A stretch of 64,000 nucleotides of DNA from assembly GCA_052327205.1 (NCBI GenBank), contig CM126233.1:9362001-9426000 (forward strand), in the 5' to 3' direction. Position 1 is the stretch's first letter. Each line of letters starts with the position of its first letter. Under the pieces are notes generated by a model. That model had not been told where the DNA came from. It saw nothing but the letters and a program-made list of their open reading frames with translations, and searched no databases. This DNA is from Somniosus microcephalus (taxonomy: Eukaryota). Positions 24,214-34,800 of this stretch are shown piece by piece. Both the position numbers and the translations under genes were made by a program.

Positions 24214-27200
24214 TGTTATGTCTGACATTGGTGATAGGTACTCGATTGCCTTGGCCTGAGCACATGGAGTTTGATAATGCTGTTATCATTGTATTGTGTA
24301 TAGGTATTCAATTGCTTGTGCCTGGAAGTGTGTGTGTGTGGCAGCCAGTATAAAAGCACCATGAACTGAACTCTGCTGCCGGTCTCTGGATTATCTTTGA
24401 AAACGCAACATTTGGCGACAAGGATGGCTGAAATCTCTCTTCCACCACCTCCTCCCTTCCTTGCACTACCAGGTGAGCCCCCGATCCCATGGGTTCGCTG
24501 GTTACAGTCCTTTGAAACCTACCTCATTGCTCTTGGACTAGAAACTGTGAGTACGGCTCGGAAAAAGGCACTGTTATCCCATTGCTTGGGAGCGGAGGGC
24601 CAGCGTGTTCTTGGGACATTATGCACAGCAGACTCAATCCAAACATATGATGAGGCTGTGGCTCTGTTAAGCACACACTTCTCTGCCCCACAAAGTGCCC
24701 TCCTGTGGCGATTCATTTTTAGACAGCGTCACCAACTCCTCGGCGAGTCGGTGCATCAATACGTGGCTAATTTGAGGGGGTTAGCTAGCTCGTGCAAGTT
24801 CAGTGCACTACAAGATGAGATGGTGTGTGGTCAACTAATAGAGCACACAAACAACGTGAGAGTGCGTGAAAGATTGTTACTCGAGTCCGACGATCTGTCG
24901 TTGTCACAGGCAGTCAACATTGCCTTTCAAGTGGAGTCTGCAGCCGAATGTGCAGTGAAACTAGCACACACACCCAGTGACAGCACCCTCGGCCCCAACA
25001 GCTCTGACACGGTAATGCTCGCGCGACGGCAGCAACGCGCGCTACCGCGGCAACAGTGTGGAAACTGCGGATCTCGTTCACATGCTACCAGAGCGCAGAA
25101 TTGCCCAGCGCGCGGTCAAGCCTGTCGCAATTGTGGAAAACAAAATCACTTTGCCAATGTCTGCCGCTCTGCCCCGGTTGCTACAAATGAACACTCTCAG
25201 TCCTCAAGCACTATAATTCACAACGTGAGCTCTGGGCCAGTAGTGGCTTTCAAGTCATGCACAATTAACCTGAATGATGTGTGCATCCCGCTGTTGTTGG
25301 ATACCGGTGCCAGCGTCTCACTGCTGAATGTGGACACATTCAAACGCTTTTTCAGCTCCCTGCCACTCTCTGCGCCCTCCACTACCCTTTGCGGGTATGG
25401 TAATTCGAAAATTGGACTAGTGGGCTCAGTTAACCTCACTGTACGCTATGGAACAAAAGTTTTGCCAGATTTTTGTTTTCATGTGGCACGCCAAGGAGCT
25501 AACCTGATGGGACTGGATCTTTTCACTGACCTGGGTTTTTCTCTCTTGGACACCGGCGGGTCTGCAATTCTGCACGTCGCCTCACCGTGGTGCCAAACAT
25601 GGCCAGCACTCTTCGAGGGTCTGGGCTGCCTGACTGCCTTCAGCCACCAGCCCATGGTTGACTCCACCATTACCCCTGTCATTCAGCCACTGCGCCGCAT
25701 CCTGCTTGCTCTCCATGACGGGGTCACAGCTGAACTAAAGCAGCTACTGGAGCCGGCATCATCGAACCAGTTGATGCCTCCCCATGGGTCTCCAACCTGG
25801 TGGTCGCAATGAAAAAGTCAGGTGGTCTACGCGTCTGTGTTGATCTTCGAGCAGTGAATAAGGCCGTAATCCCTGACAAGTATCCACTGCGCACGTCAGA
25901 GGAACTCACAACGCAGTTCTATGGTTCCATCCTGTACTCGAAACTGGACCTTCGACAGGGCTATCTACAGGTTCCCCTCCACCCCAGCAGCAGGGACCTC
26001 ACTGCTTTTGTGACACATGCTGGCATCTTTCGGTACACCAGGATGCCATTTGGACTTAGCTCTGCACCCAGCTGCTTCCAAAAGGTGATGTCCTCTGTGC
26101 TCGCGGGCATTCCTGGGGTGGCCATCTACCTGGATGACATCGTCATGCATGGGCCCTCGACCTCCACTCACGACGAATGCCTTCACAGAGTTTTCACAGC
26201 TCTAACAAAACACAAGCTCACACTGAATGGCGAAAAGTGTGTCTTTGCTGTTTCAGAGTTCGAATTTGTGGGGTTTCGGTTGTCGGCTGACGGTATATCC
26301 CCACTCCAGTCAAACATGGATGCCATTCACAGCATCCCAGAACCCAGCTCTGCAGCACAGGTTGCCTCCTTCCTTGGCATGACTAGGTACTACCTGAAGT
26401 TTTTGCCCCAGTACTCAGCCACCACAGCCCCACTGCGCCAGCTCCTGCGAAAGGATGAGCCCTGGGTGTGGTCACAAGCCTGTACAGAAGCTGTTCCCCT
26501 CCTCAAATCGCAGCTCACGTCGCCTCCAGTGTTGGCTCACTTTGACGTCGCCAGCCCCACCCTCATCACCTGCGACACGTCCGCTGCAGCTGTGGGGGTG
26601 GTGTTATCGCAGATACAGAATGGAGTGGAGAAACCAATCGCCTTTGCCTCCCGAGCCCTTAGCCCCACCGAACAGAAGTACTCAGTAGACGAGTGTGAGG
26701 CGCTAGCGTGCGTCTGGGCATGTGAGCGGTGGCACCTGTACACGTATGGCTGTGCCTTCACCCTGCGAACCGATCACCAGGCTCTCACTGCCCTGCTGTC
26801 GACAGCCGGCACGGGCCATAGACCACTGCGTCTACACCGCTGGTCTGACTGCCTCCACCAATACAATTTCAGTCTCCAGTTCACACCAGGACGTGACAAT
26901 GTTGTTGCAGATCTGCTCTCCCGCACTGTCTCTGCCCCAGCCCCACTCGTCGGGTCTGAACATGTGGAACAGGATATCGTCCAGATGCTGCACACGCCTC
27001 TCCAAACCACAGTCTCTCTCCAGGAGCTCAAAGAGGCCTCTGAACAGGATCCGGCCCTCTCCCAGCTGTGCACCTTCATCAGAGATGGCTGGCCTCGCAA
27101 GGTGCCTGAGGAACTGTCTGCCTACTCCAGAGTTAAAGAAGAGCTCTCCTGCTGGAATGACTCCTGTGTTGCACGTGGGCTCTGCACTGTGGTCCCAAGT

Positions 27201-28580
27201 GCCCTTCATGCGCGTGTTTTATCCATGGCGCATGAGGGCCACTTGGGCATAGTGAAGCTCAAACAACGATGCCGAGACCTAGTGTGGTGGCCGGGTATCG
27301 ACAGGGAAATCGAGGCCCTGGTCAAGGACTGTGCAGCCTGCCTTGTAAGTGGCAAGACTGGCCACCAAGCTCCCCCACCACTGCAACCCCTTGCCTGGCC
27401 CTCTCAGCCCTGGGAGCACCTGCAGCTGGATGTCTGCGGGGAGATCCATGGTGTCCCCCACCATCAACGGTTCCTAGTGGTGACCTGCACTCAAAATGGC
27501 CAGAGGTCACTGCCGTGGGCTCCGTCACCTCTCGGGTCATCATTGATATCCTTGAGTCCCTCTTCTCCCGCTGGGGACATCCAATGGCCATCACCACAGA
27601 CAATGGTCCCCAAATGGTCTCTTCGGAACTCTCCTCTTACCTTGAGAGCAAGGGCATCCGTCACATTCGCACAGCGTACTACCACCCTGAGTCAAATGGG
27701 GGGGTGGAGCGTTTTAACCAGACACTGAAAAATGGCCTCAGAGCACACCTATCCCAGGGGTGTGCATTTGACAAGACCCTCCTCCACACACTGCTGCACT
27801 ACAGAGCCTCCCAGCATTCCACTACAGGGGTCTCACCCGCATCCCTCATGCTAGGCTGTGAGCTCATGCTGCCCCTTGGCAGGCTCCGCCCCTCGCTAGC
27901 TCAGAGCCCTGCTCCACCGGCTCAAGCCACAGTCGCTAGACAGCAGGAGAAGATGAAACTCCACTTCGACCATTCGAAGAGGGCCAAGGCGCCCAACATC
28001 TCAGTCTCCGATTGGGTCAGAGTCCGCAGGCCTCACCACAATAATAAGATGGCGTCATTCTGGTCCTCCCCTCTCCAAATCAGCCACCAACTTGGACCAG
28101 CCACTTTCTGCCTCACTGACGGCTCTCGGTGGCATGCCAGACGCCTTCGGAAGGTGCCAGCACCACCTGATGCGGGATTATACGGACCTAACCCGCAAGC
28201 CTTACCCCCAGAGTGGCGGGATGCACATGTGGCTCAGCCAGCCAACCCTCAAGCAGATGTTGTGCCTCAGCCTGCTCCTCACCAGTCCACACCTCGGCCT
28301 GTTCGTACACATTCTCGTCCTGGCCACCTACAGGACTTTGTCACTACATTTCATGTTTGAAATTCTGTGAGGAAGGAGGAAATGTTATGTCTGACATTTG
28401 GTGATAGATACTCGATTGCCTTGGCCTGAGCACATGGAGTTTGATAGTGCTGTGATCATTGTATTGTGTATAGGTATTTGATTGCTTGTGCCTGGAAGTG
28501 TGTGTGTGTGGCAGCCATATTAAAAGCAACATGAACTGAACTCTGCTGACGGTCTCTGGATTATCTTTGAAAACGCAACA
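24214..28580 (+). mobile_element. Full-length defective Ty3/Gypsy LTR retrotransposon (element B)
   Basis: LTRs at 24214-24410 and 28383-28580 (TG..CA, roughly 95% identical by eye); TSD CAAGG; PBS TGGCGACAAGGATGG (tRNA-Ser type); PPT gaggaaggaggaaa. Confidence 0.97.
24424..28360 (+). pseudogene. Frameshifted gag-pol of Gypsy B
   Basis: Three overlapping ORFs; CGNCGSRSH..C/CRNCGKQNHFANVC, LLDTGAS, YLDD, TCDTS, HEGHLG..CAAC, TDNG, GGVERFN. Confidence 0.93.
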
Positions 28581-28639
28581 CAAGGTCTATAGACCAAGAA
28601 GGTCTCACTTAGATTTCTCTGCACTTCACTGCCTCAAAA

Positions 28640-29210
28640 CACTGTACTCCCTCCCGTATGCCTTGTTAACCACCTTATCTACCATCCTGCTATCTTCAGG
28701 GATCCCGGATATGCACTCCAAGGTCCCTCTGTTTGTCTATACTTCTCAATATCCTACCATTTATTGTATTTTCACTTGCCTTGTTAGCCCTCCCCAAATG
28801 CACTATCTCAAACTTCTCCAGATTGAATTCCATTTACCACTTATTTGCTCACCTGACCAGTCCATTGATATTTTCCTGCAGTCTACAGCTTTCTTCCTCA
28901 CTATCAACCACACGGCCAATTTTCGTATCATCTGCAAACTTCTTAATCATGCTCCCTACACTGAAGTCTAAACCATTGATATATACCACAAAAAGCAAGG
29001 GACCTAGTACTGAACCCTGCAGAACCCCACTGGAAACAGTCTTCCAGTCACAAAAACACCCGTCGACCATTACCCTTTGCTTCCTGCCACTGAGCCAATT
29101 TTGGATCCAATTTGCCACTTTCCCCTGGATCCCATGGGCTTTTACTTTTCTGATCAATCTGCCATGTGGGACCTTGTCAAAGCCTTGCTAAAATCCATGT
29201 AGACTACATC
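28640..29210 (-). mobile_element. CR1 RT internal fragment
   Basis: KVKAHGIQGKVANWIQNWL, GSVLGPLLF, KFADDTK. Confidence 0.85.
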
Positions 29211-29256
29211 ATGAGTAGATTTGAGTCCGACTATTCACACTATTGGTCAGTAGTGT

Positions 29257-29645
29257 TGTAGCGGTACCGCCGAGTGTCTCTTACTTATTATACATAATTT
29301 CCTTTAACTATGTTTGTATAGAGTTTGCATGTACGGGGCGTTGCCCCTTTAAGAACGTGTACGGGGCGTTGCCCCTTTAAGAACGCGACCTAACGCGATG
29401 ACGTCACATCGCACAGCACGTGACCGCCCTAAGCGCGGGCAAACGCGATGACGTCACGTCGCACATCACGGGACTGCCGAGTCCGTCCTCGTGGTGTCCC
29501 CATTCGGGTAAGACCTGTTCCACGTCTCTCCTACACCGAGCCTTGTTGTTTTCTGTACTTTGTCAAATCCTTCATTAAAGACCTGTTGGATTGTTTCTCC
29601 TGAGTCGACCTCAGTGATTTGGTTAGGAATACGCCTATTCCTACA
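29257..29645 (+). repeat. Probable solo LTR (CpG-rich)
   Basis: TGTAG...CTACA inverted termini, internal enhancer-like duplications, ATTAAA near 29574; flanks GTGT/TTGT are an imperfect 4-bp TSD. Confidence 0.6.
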
Positions 29646-30109
29646 TTGTCCTGTTTTTACCACACAATTAGACCTGTTTGGTACTTTTTTGCACAGTGTG
29701 AAATATTGTTCACCATCACCACATTTAAGTTCCACATCCATGCAGTTTTCCTAAAACAATCCAAGCTAGTGTCAGATTATTGGATTCCAGTTAACGAGCA
29801 GAGTTAAAGTGAGGCGCAGAAACCAATCTATATGTAATTCCTGGAGTTAGATTTTGAGGAGACTGGCTCATTGGTGATTTGATCTATTAACTACACATTC
29901 AGAACGGGTTAGCTCACAGGTGATTGTTAATCTGTGTGAATATTGATTAAAAACAACCAGTGAATATCATTTGTCTTTGATTTACCCATCATCACCTCAT
30001 CATAGAAACAGAACTAAGTTATTGCTTATTATATAACTGTCAATGCTTCCTCACATTCTTCTATAATGTTCTTCAAAGACACAGGCATAATATTTACACC
30101 ACTGTCATG

Positions 30110-30985
30110 TTAATGTTCCCAGCTCTGTCCCTCCATCACCTCTCTCAACCTCTCCGCTGCCTCTATGCAGTCAGACTGCTTGTCCAACAAAATGAACATT
30201 AGCAAGACAGAAGCCATTGTCTTCGGCCCCTGCCACAAGTTCCATATCCTTGCTCTGACTCCATCCCCTTCCCTGGCCACCATCTCAGGCTGAACCACAT
30301 GGTTTGCAGCCTTGGCGGCCTTTTAGACTCCAAGCTGGGCTTCTGACCCCCATCTTATCTTCAACATAAAGACTGTAAACAACAACAAAGAATTTAAAAT
30401 TCTCATCCTTGTTTTCAAATCGCTCCATGGCCTCGCTTCTCTCTATCTCTGGAACCTCCTACAGCCCTACAACCCTCCGAGATCTCGGCGCTCCTCCAAT
30501 TCTGGCCTCTTGCACATCTCCGATTTTCTTTGCTCCACCATTGACGGCCGTGCCTTCAGCTGCCAAGGTCCAAGCTCTGGAATTTCCTCCCTAAACCTCT
30601 CTGTTCTCCTTTAAGACACTCCTTAATACCTCTTCACCTGTCCAACTATCTCCTTATGTGGCTTGGTGTCAAATTTCTTCTGAAAACGCTCCTGTGAAGC
30701 ACCTTGAGACATTTTACTATGTTAAAGGTGCAATATAAATGCAATTTGTTGTTGTTGTTTACCTCATTAATATCACCCACCAGTGCCCCAACTTGGCCCT
30801 TCCGCTGCTGAAACCCTCAGCCATGCCTTTGTCACCTGCAGACTCGACTATTCCAAGGCTCTCCTGGCTGCCTCCCATCCTCCAACCTCGGTAAACTTCC
30901 GTCCATCCAAACCTCTGCTGACCATATCCTCGCTGACCTACATTTGTTCTTGGTCCTCCTAAACCTCAAGTTTAAAATTATTTTC
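30110..30985 (+). mobile_element. Degenerate L2 LINE 3' fragments
   Basis: FKILILVFKSLHGLA-like motif; tail atataaatgcaatttgttgttgttg; the second fragment resumes at 36070-36430 after the MITE. Confidence 0.8.
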
Positions 30986-31519
30986 CTAGGGATAAAAATT
31001 GGGTAGCGCCCGGGCGCTGTTTTTAGCACCCTGAAAAAGTTAGCGCCCCCCGCGGCCAATTTTCCCAGGTAGCGTCCCGAGAGGGAGGAGGGGCGCTACT
31101 GGAAGTGCCCGGCGTCCCTCTTGGGGCGCTGCGAGCCAATATTGTGCTGCGGTACTGTAGGCCTTCCTCCCCTTATTACAGGGGAGGGGCCTAACACAGC
31201 GCGTCACGGCACCCAGCTGGGCCACCAGAGATCGGGAGTGCCGGCATACGAGCCCGGCACTCAAGAGGAGTGCCGGGTTCATGGAGAGCAGCCGGCACCC
31301 CATGGGGGGGTTTCACGGGGGCCAGGGACAGCAACGGGGGCAGGTGCTGGCAGGTGGCTAGCAACAAAAATGGCCGCCTGCCACCTCCCCTTTAACTAGC
31401 GCCGCCCTGGCTGCAGGTAGGCCCCCTGATCCCGGCGGACATAACATCCGGTGGTAAGTTGGGGGGCGTCACCCAATATTACAGCCAGGGCACGAGCGGG
31501 GCGCTGCGCACGTGGCGCT

Positions 31520-31818
31520 TGTGATGAAATATTCCATTCACCACTGCCTGTGACTGAGATCGGTTTCAGTGTCATTTCCCTTCCCCCAGACCTCATTGTA
31601 TTGTGTACTGGAATGTGCTGTATTGTATACTGGAATGTGCTGGAATGTGCTGTGTGTAGGGCTCCGCCCATACCTGGCCCCGTTTGTAAGCTAGCTTCAG
31701 TCTGGCCTCAGTCTCCAGAAGGAAGACATCTCTCTCTCTTACGTGTTACTTTCTAAGTTAATAAAAGCCTTGTTTTTGTTCTGCTAACTTCGAGTCTCGG
31801 AATTATTGAGGCACATCA
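31520..31818 (+). repeat. 5' LTR of Gypsy C
   Basis: TG..CA, AATAAA at 31760-31765, GC box ctccgccc. Confidence 0.97.
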
Positions 31819-31844
31819 ATTTTATTAACTTATTTTTCAACACT

Positions 31845-34800
31845 ATGGATCAACTCCTGAAACCCGAACGTTTGGATTTGGATCAACATGCTCCGGACAC
31901 ATCAGCACGCTTCGGACACTGGTTTGAGTGTATGGAATTCTTCCTGGACAATTCCGCAGCCGTCAAAGACGCTACGGACGCTGCGAGGATGAGACTCGGA
32001 ATTCTGCGGAATTGGGTAAGCCACCGGGTTTACCCCCTCATCCAAGACGCCGAGACGTACCTGGCCGCCTGCGACATCTTAAAGGCACATTACCAGCAGC
32101 CTACGAATGAGGTGTATGCTAGGCACCTGCTCGCTACCCGCGCACAGCGACCTGGGGAATCGGTGGAGGAGTTCCGAAGCACCCTGAAAATTCTTGGCAA
32201 AGACTGCAAGTGCCGAGATGTAAAAGCCGCAGTGTACACTGACGAGCTTGTTCGCGATGCCTTCATCACAGGCCTCAGCTCCACTTACATCCGGCAAAGA
32301 CTGCTGGAAAAAACGGGGTTGGACCTGAAACAGGCTGCGGACACCGCGCGATCCCTGGATGTGGCCCAGAGAAACTCGGACGCCTACTCTTCAGCCCGCG
32401 CCGTCCACGCCGCCACGTGTGCACCGAGGGCGCCGCCATCTTGGAAGGCATCTTCCCCGCCCGACAGCCCGACACCGGCTGGGCCCCGCTCTCCCCCCAG
32501 AAGCCCTACGACAGCCGCGACACGTCAGGGACCCAACTGCTACTTCTGCGGGCAGCCAAAGCACACCAGAAACCTGTGCCCGGCGAAAGGCACCACCTGC
32601 TTTAAGTGCGGTAAGAAGGGGCACTTCGGGAAGATGTGCAGAGGGAACCCCGCCGGAAAACCAACCGCCGGAAAACCCGCCACCGCCGCGTGTGCGCCGT
32701 GGGAGCGGCCATCTTGGACGCCATCTTGCCCGACCTCGTGGGGTCCGCCATCTTGTGAGCAGACAGCGTGGACGCCATCTTGTATCGATCAGGGCCCTAC
32801 AGTGGCATCGGTCACAGTGGACCAGACCAGGCCGCACCCGCTATCCAGATCAATGGTGGACATCGAGGTAAACGGGTGCCGGGTTAAATGCTTAATTGAC
32901 AGTGGAAGCACGGAGAGCTTTATCCACCCAGAACTGGCACAACAACTCTCCCTAAAGGTGGTCCCTACTCAGGGTACCATCTCTATGGCTGATAAAACCC
33001 AGACATCGACCATTCTGGGTTACTGCACGGTACAATTGTGCGTTAACGGAACTGTATATGATAATTTTAAAGTATTAATCATGAAGAACCTATGTGCGAG
33101 CGTGATCTTGGGCCTGGATTTCCAGTGCAACCACCAAAGCATCACGCTCAAGTACGGTGGGTCCCAGCCGCCCCTCACAGTGTGCGGTCTGGCTACCCTG
33201 AAGGTAAAGCCGCCTTCGCTATTCGCGAACCTTACCCCTAATTGCCGGCCAATAGCGACCAAAAGCAGGAGGTACAGCTGGGAGGACAGGCGGTTTATCG
33301 CGACCGAGGTAGACAGGCTCCTGAAAGAGCGCATTATTGAACGCAGCAACAGCCCGTGGCGCGCCCAAGTGGTAGTGGTAAGGGGTAGCGAGAAGAAACG
33401 GATGGTGATCGACTATAGTCAAACGATCAACAGGTACACCCTACTAGACGCCTACCCGCTACCCCGCATATCAGAAATGGTGAACCAAATCGCCCAATAC
33501 CGGGTGTTCTCCACCATCGACCTCAAGTCAGCGTACCACCAGCTCCCTATCAGACCAGAGGACCGCCCGTACACCGCCTTCGAGGCAAACGGACGCCTCT
33601 ACCAATTCCTCAGAGTCCCCTTTGGGGTGACGAATGGGGTCTCGGTCTTCCAGAGGGAGATGGACCGCATGGTCGATGACCACCACTTGCAGGCAACCTT
33701 CCCCTACCTCGACAACGTCACCATCTGCGGTCACAACCAGCAGGATCACGACTCGAACCTCGAGAGGTTCCTGAAAACCGCACAAAAACTCAACCTCACC
33801 TACAACGAGGACAAGTGCGTTTACAACACCACGCGCCTCTGCATACTAGGCAGCGTGGTGGAGAATGGGGAAATCGGGCCAGACCCCGACCGATTGCACC
33901 CCCTACGGGAGCTGCCCCTGCCCAACACTCCCAAAGCCCTGAAAAGGTGCCTGGGGTTATTTTCTTCTTATTCCCAATGGGTCCCCAACTACTCCGACAA
34001 AGCCCGCCCCCTCTTGAAAGCATCCTCTTTCCCGCTCTCTGCTGAGGCCCACGCCGCCTTCAAAAGCATTAAGCAGGATATTGAGCGGGCCACGCTACAG
34101 GCAGTGGACGAGAACACTCCATTTCAAGTGGAAAGTGATGCGTCTGACTTCGCCTTGGCGGCCACCCTCAACCAGGCGGGGCGGCCCGTAGCTTTCTTCT
34201 CGAGGACCCTCCAAGGGCCCGAGATCAGACACTCCTCCGTGGAAAAGGAGGCCCAAGCCATCGTGGAGGCAGTGCGCCACTGGCGCCACTACCTAGCCGG
34301 CAAACGCTTCACCCTACTTACCGACCAGCGGTCGGTAGCGTTTATGTTCAATAATAAACAGAGGGGGAAGATTAAAAATGATAAGATTCTTAGGTGGCGG
34401 ATCGAGCTCTCCACCTTCGAGTACGACATCATTTACTGGCCAGGGGCCCTTAACGAATCCCCTGACGCCCTCTCACGAGGGATGTGTGCCATCGCCACCG
34501 GGGATCGGCTACAGACCCTCCACAACGACCTCTGCCACCCAGGGGTCACGCGGCTGTTCCACTTCATAAAGTCCCGTAACTTACCCTACTCGATTGAGGA
34601 AGTTCGGTCCCTGACCAGGAACTGCCGCACTTGCGCTGAGTGCAAGCCTCGGTTCTACCGCCCAGATAGAGCCCACTTAATCAAAGCTACACGGCCCTTT
34701 GAGCGGCTCAGCTTAGATTTCAAGGGCCCCCTCCCGTCCGTCGACCGCAATGTTTACTTCCTGAACATTGTGGACGAATACTCCCGGTTCCCATTCGCCT

